Notes: generated from the letters alone by a model not told the origin. 64,000 nucleotides of DNA from Nitrospirales bacterium (GCA_965203295.1 CBDBCZ010000016.1:192001-256000); one strand, 5' to 3'; positions 15,981-30,600 are shown, counted from the first letter of the stretch. Made by a program: numbers and translations.

Positions 15981-18900
15981 GACAGGGGTACACATAACAC
16001 CGGCACCCATACACAATGACATGCACAGCATAAACAAGTTATTCTCAAGCAGCCAACCTGCGATATAATCTCACACCATGTAGCAATGGGCATGACTGTG
16101 GCTCTCAGTAGTGATTCATGAGATTTAAAAGCTGTCATACAGTATATTTCTTCATTCTATTATCACTGGAGGTTAACATGTTTCTCACCTCGTAACAGAC
16201 AAACATAGTCCGAAAGCAGTTGGTGAGTAAATATTCATAATTATCATCCAATGACCAATCAATGTTATTATGGTAGTGGTTCTTCATGATTGATATATGT
16301 AACCCGGCCTAGTGTACTTTAGGGTATTTTACAAATGGATTATTGCATGTGTACCTTATGTTTCACACTATCAAGTTCACAAGCAGGGTTACTTTCTCTC
16401 TCTTTTGCTTCAGAAACTCGGTCTTCTAAAAATCTTGTTATTGAAGCTGTCAAGTTAATGAAAAGATGAGATCTTGACAACACTACATACATACACGATA
16501 GACCTACTAAACAGCCATGTGGTTTCAATTTAATACTACTTACCTGTTTAGCAGTAGCATCATCTTTTCTCTTCTTGGTAAGTTCAGATTTCCTCGTTTG
16601 TTCATTACCGCTGAGCTTCTCTTCATTAGCTTGGCTTTGTTCTAATCTCTACAGAACAGGAAGCTGAATATCAGCTTATCATTCGCAAAATCATATTACA
16701 AATATGTGTTAATACACAGTCATGTACGGTAGCAAAGAAGACAGTGCACGGTGCATAAATCTAACATCTATTGTTACATACGGTTTGAACACCCACAATA
16801 CGTACATATGCAGCTGGAAGTATATGTAACTTCAGAAACAATTATGGCAGTAGAAATGCAACAATGAAATTGCATTACCGTTCTACCGTACATACTTCAC
16901 AAGCACAAAGCATACTCGTTGACAGTAAGTTAAGGAATCACATGTACAGCATACCGAGTGTCAAAAGCAAAGTGTAAGTGTGCATTGCATAATTTGACAT
17001 CCTGTTTCTCCATACTCCATTGATTGACAGTTACTTTCCACACGTTCACCTTTTGAAGATCTTGATTTAGTTCTGTCAACTTTTTCACCTGTTGTATGTA
17101 AATAACTAGCAACATAATAACAGAAGAGAGCAGCAACACATACATGGGTGCTGAGTAATAATTACAGTTAGAATTGGCAGGTCATATTGGCAAGTGCTTC
17201 TAGCGGGTTTAGTAGCTACGTATAAAGCTTGCCTATTGACCAAAAATCAGAATGTCCTGGGTTCAACTCCCAGCTGGGCTCTGGTTTTAGGAGGTATGAT
17301 ACAGTAAAGTAGCTTCTTTACTGCTAACACAATCTTCTGGTAAGCGTAGCTACGTATAAAGCTTGCCTATTGACCAAAAATCAGAATGTCCTGGGTTCAA
17401 CTCCCAGCTGGGCTGTGGTTTTAGGAAGTATGTTACAGTAAAAGTAGCTCCTTTATTGCTAACACAATTGTTTGGTACACACTCAGTGCACATGATGCTG
17501 ACCTGCTTTTGAAGGGAAATTCTGAGTCAGTGAAGTTACAGTGGCATCCTTGCCCATCAGCTCTTTCTGGAGTGAAGAGCTACAGCTAGTAGCAGACTGC
17601 AGTTGGCTCTCAGTGTCAGCTAGCTGTTAAAGATAACAATTCACAAGTCCCATGCATACACTCTTATGGTAATAGACTACTGTCAAGGAAGCATGTTGCA
17701 TAGCACGTTCCACATTACAGCTGAGCCACATCACATGACAGTCAAACATGCTCTAACATACTGCATGTATAGCATTGTATGAATGGTACTGTAGACACAG
17801 ACTCTCCTTTCTGGATAAACGTGTGGTCTACAGTAGAATGTAGTATGCCAAATGCTTTGTATATGCAAGTAAGTTCCATCCTGCAAATGTGTAATTACCA
17901 CACATATGTACATACGAAGTTACGTACATACAAAGTATATACAGGTTTATACTGGCAGTTTGAAGTGATACAGACCTGTTTCTTTAGCATTTCTACTTCA
18001 GATATCCTTTCTTGCAAACGATTTTTACATGATTCCAGGTGCTCCTCCATAGAAACATAGCTATGTATGCAAAACATTGTATATTATAGTATACATTACT
18101 TTGAAACTAACTGTGAAAGCACCACAACTACACGTAACATGAGCAGTTAAACATGCAATGATTAGTATGCAGCAGAGAGTAATCCAAAACTAGTAAAGCC
18201 TTTTACAAGCTAAGATGGAAAATGTGTGTGTGTGTGTTTCATATACATGATGCCCATTCGCAGCTTTGACAGAGTAGGGATAGTTCAGAGGTATATGCAG
18301 TCTCCTTAATATTTCTGCCTTGCTTTCCACATACCTCAGATTTTTAGCCATTGGGTTCTTCTTGTAAGCAGCCAGTTCTTTCCTTAGTTCAGCTATAATA
18401 GCATCATTTTATTGGCTAGCTCTCAGACTCAAACAGAGCCAGCCTACAGACTCTGCATGTCCGTTAGACACTGCACTTGATAATCCTGTAAAACGTGGCA
18501 TGTAGTCTGAATATGTAGGTACCTAGTAATTTCAGAAACCAGTACACAAACCTTGAAAAGCATATACATGTATGTACATAGTCAGCTGTGTACATACATG
18601 TACATGTACATGTAAGTAAGGGCCAATGATCAGAACAGGCTGATGGCCCACTCAGACTAACCATCTTTTCGAGTGTATACAGCAAGTTTTCCAGCAAGGA
18701 AAATAAACCACTTAATACAAAATGTGCATCACAATAATGTGTTCTACGACTCCAAGAGCAACTATCCTGTGCTATCTATTTTGGCATGCATGTAGGAGGG
18801 CTAGAATGTGATTCCATGAGTAAAACTATACCTTCTCAATAAGGGCATCATGTATAGCAAAGAGTTGCTTTTCGAATCCTCTCCTGCTCTTGCTCTTTGT

Positions 18901-19855
18901 TCCACAACTTCCAGTCCTAGAACAGGACCAAGAATAACAATACGTATACATACATATACAGTAGTAATCATAGCAGGCTTATGGTATATACATTGGGTGA
19001 ATGCAATTAACGAGTGTCACATCAGGGGTGGGTATAGCTACTAAAAGTGTGTGTGTGTGTGCGTGTGTGGAAACAAGGCTACGTTGCACTAGACACTAGA
19101 TGGGTACCAACTGGTGTGAAGAGAATTTTAAAATCAATCCGGGTTGCTTTTGTGCGTGTGTGTGTGTGTGTGTGCGGGGGGGGGGGGGGGGGGGGGCTCA
19201 ACCCTCCTGCACATGTATGCCTAGATTTTGGAAACATAATACTCATATGGCCCACAGAAATTCCAGAAGTACTGTAAAAATAAGCACATATCATAAAAAT
19301 TTTAGAAGTACTGTAAAAATAATGGCATTGAATGTCCGACTCAAATAAAAGCAATAGTGCAGACTTACATTCCAACAAATCGAACTTACCGTGAGTATTC
19401 CTTCTTTGGTGTGGAGAACTGGGATCTGATACAGTTGTCTCATCATGTACTGAAATGGGCTATATGAAAAACGAAGAACGTTGCTTGAGGCTGCTTCTCT
19501 GCTAACAACTGTATCCAAAAAATACATATCACTGCATGGCTGACGGCAGTTGCCGATACGTACATGCATGTACGTATGCACAGTAGGTATTAATTCATCC
19601 TCCAGTATAGAATTGACATGTACATGGACATGTTTACAGCTACATCTACTTGTACACGTACATAGCAAGTAGCTCAGATGAAAGCTGAAGAGTTTGCGAT
19701 GTACATGTAATACCAGTAACTGTGCATACATGCAAATAGTATTGAACAAAACAAAAAAAATTGACACCTGTGTCGTAGGGATACTGCTTCTGGAGCTGCA
19801 GGGTGAAGCACTGCTGCTGTCGTGGTAGAGGAGACTGATGTCCGTAAACACCTAA
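15981..19855 (-). pseudogene. Copy 3 of the FHAD1-like gene (direct duplicate of 3753-7481 plus upstream exons), disabled
   Basis: Collinear with copy 1 from GACAGGGGTA onward; the exon at ~18335-18445 has a 4-bp insertion (GAGAGCTAGCCAATAAAA), and part of the exon near 17520 is deleted. Confidence 0.8.
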
Positions 19856-21515
19856 TATTTATTCAGCCATGCATAGATATTAATAAAGTCCACGTGGAGT
19901 CTATTGTCTATGATTCAGCGAATCTCTTGGTTAGGCCTCTGGCTAGCTAGTGCTGTGCAGTTATGCGCTCTTGGTAGCCAGAGGAAGAGTTCTGCAGAAC
20001 CCTGCCAGCCTCGTCGCCGAAGGGTTGGCTTGCGAGTCCGTAGGTGATGGCTGGCTCGCAAGCGTATATAGGTGATGGCTGGCTATGCACTTTGCCCCCA
20101 CTGTGACATAGTCAATTTTCAACACAAAAGTTGATTCGAGGCCTGAATGTGGAGCTGCCTCCACGTGGCTCAGTCAGCAGCATAATACTAACTGCAATTT
20201 GGCAGATGCAAAATGTTCCATACTAATCACATAGCTAGAGGTGACATTTTTCATTCCTACCTGTATGGAGCGAGCGAAGCGAGCACAACTACTTATAATG
20301 GTAAAGGGTCTATTGTTGCATGTACATGTATGCATGTGCCGATATAGCCAAGTTTTTGTCCAGTGCCGTGCTGGCTATCATGTCATATATACTTGTATCT
20401 GCATGGCTTGGTCTGAATGTACATGTAGCGGGGCCCCCTCGGGGCATTTAGTTGCCAGTGCATGATTAAGCTGTGTAGAGTTTCTCATGATCCTATATTT
20501 CATTCTGCAAGCAGGGGTTCATTTAGAAAAATGATCAAGGGGGCGCAATATTGTTGACTTTGGGGGGGGGGGGGGGGGGATGTACGAAGAGGTGTGCCTT
20601 GCACATGTCATGCTAGATGGGTGTGTGGGGGCATGCTTCTCCAGGAAAATTTAGACCCTCAGAGATGAGTTCCGGTGCATTTTCAAGTATATTTACACTA
20701 CTTATTGTGTGGTGCATGTTGTGTGAAATTTGCATTTATTACACGTATGCACTCTGTTAACCATGCATATATTATTCTAGATGTATCGTTCCTTACATTA
20801 CATCATACATGTACTGTAATACGATCGATATTACATCATACTGTAAATGTGAATGCAATGGTTGTGCATTTTATATACGTGTTGGTGCGTGGTATGGCAT
20901 GGTATTCCATGGTACTGCATGGTATTGAACGGTACTCAGTGGTACTGCATGGTATTAGCTACGTGGTACTGTGTAGTATTGCATGGTAGATCTGCTCACT
21001 ATAGTATTGCGAGTATTCACTGGTATAGCATGGTACTCAGTGCTATTATATTCTCAACAACACGGCAGGAAGTTTTACCATTGAAGACTGTGAGTAGTTG
21101 GTTCGGATGGTCTTTCACACGCCTCTCATCTGCAGATTGACAGTGTTAATAGTCCCATGACTTTTCACAAGAAGGATTTGTTGCAATCTATGCTTTTGCG
21201 CAATGTTAGAAGGCCTAGGTGATTTTAGCTTACTCAATAGGCAAATGACTCAAATATTGACTTCTTGGCCAAGCTCCTGTGAATCCTCGCTTACTTCCAT
21301 AGCTGTCAACAGCTGCTGGGCAACTACTACTAGGCCCATTAGTGCTGGACTTTGTGTTGCTTTTCGGGCCTGCAGTCGACGGCTCCATTTGATGAGCAGC
21401 ACAAGTGGGTGCCTGATTATTCCCAAATTGTGGTTTTGCCGGCATATTGGATACATCACTGTGCACCACACAACCAAGTATAAATGCATACCACTCTCAC
21501 AAGAACACAGTACTC

Positions 21516-21607
21516 TTTCCCAGCCCCACAATCAAGGCTAAGGATCGCTTACAGCAGGATACTGTAAGCGATCCTTAGCCTTAATTGTGGGGCTGGGAAC
21601 GAGACTA
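21516..21607. mobile_element. Hairpin MITE of the TAG...CTA family
   Basis: TTCCCAGCCCCACAATCAAGGCTAAGGATCGCTTACAG / CTGTAAGCGATCCTTAGCCTTAATTGTGGGGCTGGGAACGAGACTA. Confidence 0.7.
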
Positions 21608-22139
21608 CTAGCTACCTCCCAGCATCTAACCTCGGGTGTCAAGCCTAGTGATCGGAACACAGTTTGTAAATTGTAACCCACCCACTCAGCTGAAAGGGAA
21701 CCTTGCCAGTGTGCTCACTCAAGTATAATACGTACATTGCCAAGATAGATAGCTAACCATGCACCAACAAGCTAATAGCTACAATCTTGAGGAGGAATCA
21801 GGCTCACTGAATACTGGACTGTCAAACAGTAACAGTTTGCCTAATCTATGAGTGATGATACTGTGTCACAGGTAATTTGGTCATTGAGTCGCTGGGTTAT
21901 GGTGACAGAACATAATTAACCCTGTAATGGATATTCTGTTTGGAAAGAAAATCAGTCGCTCAGTACTTATCTGAGTACTTAGTGAAGGAAATACTCAAAG
22001 ACATACAGGCATATTCAATGTACATGTAGCTAGGTGGTGTCTTTAGAAGATATGGGAGGCTAGTGAAATAATTGGTTATCATTGGTAGTGATTTGCAGTA
22101 TTGGCATGGCATGCAGTACTATCTATGCTATACAGTTTT

Positions 22140-22312
22140 GAGCAGCTTGTACAGTTTGCAGTGTTTGCATCGTTTGCAGTGTTGCACTGTTTGCATCGTT
22201 TGCAGTGTTTGCATCGTTTACACTGTTGCACTGTTTGCATCGTTTGCAGTGTTTGCAGTGTTTGCATCGTTTGCACAGTTTGCATTGTTTGTAGTTCTAA
22301 TAATGTTTGCAC
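22140..22312. repeat. Minisatellite of 9-bp units TTTGCAGTG/TTTGCATCG
   Basis: Direct reading; produces spurious QTMQTLQT ORFs. Confidence 0.9.
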
Positions 22313-22680
22313 TTCGGTGATCTCGTAAGTTTAAATTATCACGTGATGAGACCAATCAAATTCTTGATTAGAAATGTTTCAGCTGACTGGAATTTAATCG
22401 TTTTGTCCAGCTTTAGAAAATTTTTTGCTATACGTACTACGGGATAGCTCAGGATCGGCGATATGTCATCTGACAACATCCAGCAACAGGAATCCCCAGT
22501 GATCGCGCAAGAGCAGCAAGCTCGGGAAGTGAACTGTGAGATGAGCACCATGCACGAGAAATCTCTTTCTGAAGAGCTACAACTAAACCTGGACGAAGTC
22601 AGTATGAACATAGATAATATAGCCTTAGGAATTATAATTTGAACGTGACAATTGGAGTATGAACTGCAAGTCCTACATCA

Positions 22681-22770
22681 CTTTACGATGTTAACTACCT
22701 CGCTGGATATTAGCCATACACAAGGACCCTTGTGTATGGCTGATTCAGCAAGGCAGCTAACATTGTAAAG
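22681..22770. repeat. ~90-bp imperfect palindrome
   Basis: CTTTACGATGTTAACTACCTCGCTG...AGCCATACACAAGG / CCTTGTGTATGGCT...CAGCAAGGCAGCTAACATTGTAAAG. Confidence 0.75.
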
Positions 22771-23601
22771 CGATACAGGTTTCACAAAGCTTCCTCACCA
22801 TAGATAATAATTACTAGTTTACATATTATATATACTCTCACCTAGTTTTTGGCAGGTAGCACACTTGAAAGTTTTGTAACCCTTCCCCCACAAGCGAGTG
22901 GAACAACATTATAGGTATCCAAGAACTACATGTATCATGATTGAGACAGTGTGTACCCTCTACTACTGCAGAATAACTATATAGCCATTTAATTGCTCGG
23001 TAATTACATACTTCATTCTCTCACCCTGAACGTACGGCAGCATATGCTGTTGACTTTAGACTGTCTTTCTGCTGGGGCAAGTGCAGTTGTGGGCACAAAA
23101 CTACGATGCAGAGCATTGTTTAGCACAAGCAGCACTGGGATAATGATTGTCAAAACTCATATTGGTCCAGGAATATAATTTGAATAGGCACATTTTCTAC
23201 CCCATCATTTGAGTTAGGTAGCGCAAACATTTATCAATTCTTTGTCTCCTCTCCTGTATAGCTGGCTACCTCACTGGTAGAGCTCTACCAGGTCCTATCC
23301 CCAATGATGCTACAGGCCCAGGAATTGACAGCATCTCTGTACAAGCACACACAGTTTTCAAGTGCTTGGGGTGACTTTTTGAGTAGTGGTGCTTGTAGTT
23401 TGCAAGAGAGAGAGTTGCGGTTGAAAGAACAGCAAGTGCAGCCGCAGCCTGGTGACCCTGACGACTGACTTTGGTACATGTACTTGTATGTGCTTTAGGA
23501 ACACCCAATTACCCTGGGTATAAAGAGTGTTTATGATGTTGTCTGTCCACCTTGTACCTGGATCACCTACCCATTGAATAACGTATAATGGCAGGCATTA
23601 T

Positions 23602-23850
23602 CACTGCAAAAACGCCGGTGCTGTAACAGCACGCAGACTCGCAGCGCAGGCGTGTTGTTCGACAGATTGCGGTTAGAAACAGCACTTCAGTCGGTCCACT
23701 TGTGTTGAGTCAACACGAGGGTGTTGCAGTACACATCGCTATGTGCTAGCACAACTTCAATAATTCACGACACGAAGCATCCTGTTGGATTAACACATCG
23801 TTAAGTGCTAATGCATCGCGACAATGTCTGGTGCTGAACCTCAACAAGTG
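23602..23850 (+). mobile_element. Solitary CACTG-type terminus related to 15835-15980
   Basis: CACTGCAAAAACGCCGGTGCTGTAACAGCACGCAGAC...CACATCGCTATGTGCT aligns with the reverse complement of 15835-15980. Confidence 0.6.
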
Positions 23851-23886
23851 CCATGCACGTAAGAGATACTCTAAGGTGCTTCATCT

Positions 23887-24036
23887 TTAACCCTTTACCA
23901 ACCATAAGAAACAGCTTAAAGAAGCAGAAAGCCTATACAAAGTATTAACGCCTAGTATTAAAACCCCCATATAAATTCATATGAGCTTATGGGAGCTCAT
24001 GACGCATATATGCGTCATTGGTTGGTAAAAAGTTAA
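23887..24036. mobile_element. piggyBac-like MITE
   Basis: TTAA-CCCTTTACCAACCA...TGGTTGGTAAAAAG-TTAA; internal motifs shared with the MITE at 28291-28429. Confidence 0.75.
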
Positions 24037-24693
24037 ATTAAACGGCCAAATCACCTCAGCCATGCTGTGGCTGGACATGGCCTACAACTGTAACCGCCTT
24101 GAACTAGGTGAACCTGCCCTGCAACCTGGTCTCTCTCATCCACTGTCTTGGTGGTAATTCTCCACTACAGCCTGGCCTCTCTCCTTGGCCACCTCCAGAT
24201 CATTCATCACCTTCCTTTTTGCAGTCCATATTGCCATCATTTACGATGGCTAGTTGGGATATCAGCTCCCTATGATACCACACATGCATGCAGCTACAGT
24301 TGTAACTGGATATTGAAAATCTAACATAGGGATCTTTAATGTGACAAGGTTTCTAACCCCATTCAGTGATTTCAGTTAAAACATTTGTACCTAGATCACA
24401 ACACAAGCTTCTATCATCTATGATGCATCTATCGTGTATCTTGTTTAGAGCGTGGGATTAACCTGGAATACAAGGATATTGAAAATCTAACATAGGATTT
24501 TAATGTGGAAAGGTTTCCTTCAGTGATGTTAAACATTGTACTTGGATCACTACACAAGCCTCTAATCATTTATTATTTATTGTATCCCAGGTTGATGCTC
24601 TAAACAAGATACACGATAGATGTATGAAGTGTTCAGGAATGTTATACCACCAGTATAGATACAGCAACCAAACCAAAAAATCCAGCCAAGTGA

Positions 24694-27600
24694 CTACAGT
24701 TCAGAATGTCGACCACCCCTCAATTTAGGTCCACTTCTTTTCTCCTTAGGAGGTGATTTCTTTCGTTTATTGTCCTATGAAAAGATAACATCATTAAAAA
24801 TTAATAATGGTTGATCTTGTAGTCTGTAATGGCCGTGAGTTCTCTGTGGAACCACAGTGGACTAGAGCTAGACCTTCTCCGAAGCAGAAGTCTATCATTG
24901 ATTATATAGATACGCTTGTTGCAGGTTTCAGGGAGTGTGCAGGTAGATACAGTGGATATAGGAAAATCGGATCACTTTCTGGTATGGATGGAATTGGGTA
25001 GGACTGTAAAAACCACTAAACAACAGAAGTGGGTGATTAAGAAATGGTGCATTGAACGGTTTCAGGATGAGGAAGTGAGACAGAAGTATCAGGAAGCCTT
25101 AAGTGTAAAAGTAGATGGGTTTCAAGGAAGGGTACGCCAATGGAAGACTCGGGTTGAGGGAATCAGAATTAGTGAAGGCAGTGGTTCAGGATTGGGAAGA
25201 GACAGTCAAGAGGGTAGCATCAAAAGAAATATGGGGAAACGGTGATAGTGTGTGGCAAAGTGGCAAGGTGGTGGGATGGTGAGATTAAAGAGAAGATTAG
25301 GTGGAGGAGACAAGTTTATAAGGAGATTAGTAGTGGCAGGGAAGATAAATGGGGGGAGTATTACAAATTACGTTCAGAAATCAAGGAATTGGTACATAAG
25401 ATAGTTGGAATGAGCTAGGTGATTAAAAAGGCTAACAAAGATTTTCATGAAAACAGGAAGGAGTTCTGGGCATTTGTTGGCAGGACTTCAAAAGGTAGTC
25501 GTAAGGGTATTGCTTCTTTGAGGAGTACTTCAGGTTCATGTGTAACCAGTACTAAGGGAAAGTTGGAAGTATTACGTGAGCATTACGAAAGGTTGGGTAC
25601 AGCATTATTGGATGATCAGTTTGATGATAGCTGGAAAGAGCATATAGATAAGAAAGTGACAGACAGTGAAATGTCTAGTTTGCAGAAGGATAAGGTTTCG
25701 GATAGAGGGATTAGTTATGCAGAAATTAAAGTGTTCTTAAAGCAAGAATAATAAAACAGGACGTAATGATGGGCTAGTTTTTTAAGTACGGTGGCAAAGG
25801 GATGGCTAATCTGTTGAAAGTCTTGTATGGGGTAGTTTGGACAGAGGAGAGTATTCCTAAACAATGGAGACAAGGGTTAATTGTTAGCTTGTATAAGAAA
25901 GGTGATGCTGAGGACCCGGGTAATTACAGAGGCATTACACTATTGAATGTGGTAGGAAAGCTGTTTTGCAAGATTCGAAATAATCGCTTAGTAAGCAGAT
26001 TAGAAGCAAAAAGGGCTCTTCATGAGGGTCAGGCAGGATTTAGAGAGTTTGTGTTGATAACATCTTTACTATCTTTACTCTAAATGAAATTGTACAAAGG
26101 TAGAATGAGGGAAGAAAAGCACACTTATGCTTTTTTCTTGTTCAGGAAGCATTTGACACAGTTTGGCATGATAGTTTATGGTTTGAGTTATGGGAACTTG
26201 GGGTTAGGGGTAGGATGTGGAGAAATAATTATGTATGACATCACACAGAGTGCTGTTTTACTGGAGGGAGAAATGTCTAAGCAATTCAGTATAGGTCAGG
26301 GGGTGGCACAGGGTTGTAGTATGTCGCCTATCTTCTTTTCCATTCTTATTAATCAGTTGTTAGATGAGGTTGAGAAGGCTGGGATCGGCATTACTGTTAA
26401 TGAAGAATGTTAAGGTTGGGGGTCTGCTGTTTGCTGATGATTTTGTAGGCTTAACTACTAATGCTGAGGACTTACAAACCTTGATTAATGTAGTGCAGGG
26501 GTTTTGTAATAAATGGAGGTTGAAATCTAACATAAAAAGAGTGCTGTTATGGTATTTTCTAAAGAGGTTAATTAATACAGGTGCATGTACATGGAAGTGG
26601 GGAGATAATGACATTCCAGAGGTTGTAAGTTACTGTTACTGGAGATTGAATTTGCTAAGAATGGTTCATGGGATAGTCATGTTCAGAAGGTAATAAATAA
26701 TGGAAAGAAAAACCTGAATCAATTACACAGATTTTTTTAAGTAATAGGAATATCAGTACAGTTGCAAGAAGGTTATTGTTAGTTTCAATACTTCGCCCTG
26801 ATGCTGAGATTAAAGAGAAGATTAGGTTGAGAAGACAGGTTTATAAGGAGATTAGTAGTGGCAGGGTAGATAAATGGGGGGAGTATTACAAATTACGTTC
26901 AGAAATCAAGGAATTGGTATGTAAGAAAAAACTAGATAGTTGGAATGAGGTGATTGAAAAGGCTAATAAAGATTTTTATGAAACAGGAAAGAGTTCTGGG
27001 CATTTGTTGGCAGGACTTCAAAAGGTAGCCGTAAGGGTATTGCTTCTTTGAGGAGTACCTCAGGTTCATGTGTAACCAGTACTAAGGGAAAGTTGGAAGT
27101 ATTACGTGAGCATTATGAAAGGTTGGGTACAGCATCTGATATCTGTGGATGATCAGTTTGATGATAATTGGAAAGAGCATATAGAAAAGAAAGTGACAGA
27201 GTATAGTGAAATATCTAGTTTGCAGAAGGATAAGGTTTTGGATAGAGGGATTAGTTATGCAGAAATTAAAAAGTGTTCTAAAAGCCTAAAGAATAATAAA
27301 ACAGGAGGTAATGATGGGCTAGTTGGGGAGCTTTTTAAGTACGGTGGCAAAGGGATGGCTAATCTGTTGAAAGTCTTGTATGGGGTAGTTTGGACAGAGG
27401 AGAGTTTTCCTAAACAATGGAGACAAGGGTTAATTGTTAGCTTGTATAAGAAGGGTGATGCTGAGGACCCGGGTAATTACAGGGGCATTACATTATTGAA
27501 TGTGGTAGGAAAGCTGTTTTACAAGATTCTAAATAATTGCTTAGTAAGCAGATTAGAAGCAGAAAGGGCTCTTCATGAGGGTCAGGCAGGATTTAGAGAG

Positions 27601-30600
27601 AAAAGGAGTTGTGTTGATAACATCTTTACTCTAAATGAAATTGTACAAGGTAGAATGAGGGAAGGAAAGCACACTTATGCTTTTTTCTTAGATGTTCAGA
27701 AAGCATTTGACACAGTTTGGCATGATGGTTTATGGTTTAAGTTATAGGAACTTGGGATTAGAGGTAGAATGTGGAGAGTTATTAAGAATATGTATGACAT
27801 CACACAGAGTGCTGTTTTACTGGAGGGAGAAGTATCTGAGCAATTCAATATAGGTCAGGGGGTGGCACAGGGTTGTAGTATGTCGCCTATCCTCTTTTCC
27901 ATTTTTATTAATCAGTTGTTAGATGAGGTTGAGAAGGCTGGGATTGGCATTACTGTTAAAAAGGATGTTAAGGTTGGGGGTCTGCTGTTTGCTGATGATT
28001 TTTTAGGCTTAACTACTAATGCTGAGGACTTACAAACCTTGATTAATATAGTGCAGGGGTTTTGTAATAAATGGAGGTTGAAATCTAACATAAAAAAGAG
28101 TGCTGTTATGGTATTTTCTAAACAGGTTAATACAGGTGCATGTACATGGAAGTGGGGAGATAAAGACATTCCAGAGGTTGTAAGTTACTGTTACTTGGGG
28201 ATTGAATTTGCTAAGAATGGTTCATGGGATAGTCATGTACAGAAGGTAATAAATAAAGGAAAGAAAAAACTGAATCAATTACATAGGTTTTTAACTCTTT
28301 GAACGCCATGGGCACATTTATGTGCCCACATAAAATAGAAAAAGTGTGTACTTTATATTAACGCCTAATATAAAAAGGCCTATATAAATTCACATTAGCC
28401 TTATTAAAACTTGGCTGGGAAATAGTTAAGTAATAGGAATATCAGTACCGTTGCAAGAAGGTTATTGTTAGTTTCGGTACTTCGCCCTACTTTAGAATAT
28501 GGTAGTGAAGTGTGGGCTTGTAATAAAAGGCAGGCAGCTTCCTTGGAATCTATTCAGCTAGGAGCAGCTAAATAGACGCTTGGCTGCTCTTTTAAAACGT
28601 GTAATGAAGCAGTAAGGGGGGATATGGGGTTAGAATCTTTGAAAGGCAGGAGGGATAGATGCAAACTTAAGTGGTGGTATAAAGCTAATAATTTGGATGC
28701 TGAGAGATATCCTAGACTACTACTAGACAGTGAGTGGGAAGTGAAGCCGTGTAGGGGTAGGCAGAGGAAGACCTGGAGGAAAATAATTAGTGAATTGTTG
28801 CTGCAGCTAAATCTAGACAGTCAGGAAATACTAGCTGAAGATTATAATGTAAACTTGTTTTTAGAGAGAGTAGATGAAGCATTGAGATGCAAAGAATATA
28901 AGGATTTTAATGATGGCTTAAATAGTAAAGTTAAACTTAGTCTTTACAAGTCTTTTTGTAAGGAAATAGAATTTAAAAATTACTTGCAGGGGGTTGGGGA
29001 TCCAGGAACACGATTGATGTTTAAGTTTAGGTCTGGTACTAATGGTCTGAATGAAGAGTTAGGAAGACATCGGGGTAAAAATGATGATAGGCAGTGTAAG
29101 TTATGTGGGGATGAATGTGAGAGTGTAGTACATGTGCTCTGGGAGTGTCCTGTGTATGATACTATTAGAAGTACTTTCATGGAAGACTTAGACAATCTGT
29201 TGGGTGGAAGTTTTGAGGAGTTTAGTGCGCCCAATACTTTCGAGAAGACGGGCTTTGTTTTAGGGTGTGAGAATTGGGAAAGATATGATTTTAAGGCTTT
29301 ATTAAGGCTAGTTAAGAGTTTTATTTTATTAATCTGGGATACTAGGAAGAATAAATTATATGGCGATCAGGATGGTAATGGTGAGACATCTGGTTGCTTT
29401 TGCTCTTGTCCTCTGACTGGAGATTTTTCAAGCTCCGCCTGCGTATGTGGGTGCGTGGTCAATGGCGTAAGCGCTACGGCAGCAACATGAGTATATTATT
29501 ATTATTCGATACTTCGCCCTACTTTAGAATATGGTAGTGAAGTGTGGGCTTGTAATAAAAGGCAGATAGCTTCCTTGGAATCTATTCAGCTAGGAGCAGC
29601 TAAAAAGATACTTGGCTGCTCTTCTAAAACGTGTAATGAAGCAGTAAGGGGAGACATGGGGTTAGAATCTTTGAAAGGCAGGAGGGATAGATGCAAACTT
29701 AAGTGGTGGTATAAAGTTAATAATTTGGATGCTGAGAGATATCCTAGACTACTACTAGACAGTGAGTGGGAAGTGAAGCTGTGTAGGGGTAGGCAGAGGA
29801 AGACCTGAAGGAAAGTAATTAGTGATCTGTTGCTGCAGTTAAATCTAGACAGTCAGGAAATACTAGCTGAAGATTATAATGTTTTTGGAGAGAGTAGATG
29901 AAGCATTGAGATACAGAGAATATAAAGATTTTAATGATGGCTTAAATAGTAAAGTTAAACTTAGTCTTTACAAGTCTTTTTGTAAGGAAATAGAATTTAA
30001 AAATTACTTGCAGGGGGGTTGGGGATCCAGGAACGATTGATGTTTAAGTTTAGGTCTGGTACTAATGGTCTGAATGAAGAGTTAGGAAGACATCGGGGTA
30101 AAAATGATGATAGGCAGTTTAAGTTATGTGGGGAAGAATGTGAGAGCTAGTGTAGTATATGTGCTCTGGGAGTGTCCTGCGTATGATACTATTAGAAATA
30201 CTTTCATGGAAGACTTAGACAATCTGTTGGGTGGAAGTTTTGAAGAGTTTAGTGCACTCAATAATTTCGAGAGGACGGGCTTTGTTTTAGGATGTGAGAA
30301 TTGGGAAACATATGATTTTAAGGCTTTATTAAGACTGTTAAGAGTTTATTTTATTAATCTGGGATACTAGGAAGAATAAATTAATATTTGGCGATCAGGA
30401 TGGTAATGGTAAGACATCTGGTTGCTTTTGCTCTTGTCCTCTGACTGGAGATCTTTCAAGCTCCGCCTGCGTATGTGGGTGCGTGGTCGATGGCGCAAGC
30501 GCTACGGCAGTGACATGAGTATATTATACTTATTTTTCAGGACTTAACAAGTTCCAGTGAGCTGGTGGATGAGAACCAGATTCCAAGCATAGCAGAACTG

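Larger units (their letters stand above)
24800..30535 (+). mobile_element. APE-type LINE copy A (5'-truncated, degenerate), split by copy B; lies antisense in the last CCDC134 intron
   Basis: APE C-terminal motifs IDYI and SDH; RT motifs NYRGITLL, QAGFR, GVAQG, FADD; resumes at 29505 with the C-terminal CCHC-like region and TATATTAT tail; many frameshifts. Confidence 0.9.

Noticed and set aside
20250..20455. Helitron/Helentron-like small element with a GC hairpin before TTTAGT
   Set aside because: Only one copy in the window and the termini are ambiguous; not enough support to list as a feature
22072..22328. Cys- or QT-rich repeat proteins
   Set aside because: Translations of a 9-bp minisatellite
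19940..23520. Possible upstream exons of the FHAD1-like gene, including an FHA domain
   Set aside because: Exon-like minus-strand fragments exist (~19960-20110, 21230-21470, 23280-23510) but I could not build a consistent frame or see FHA motifs
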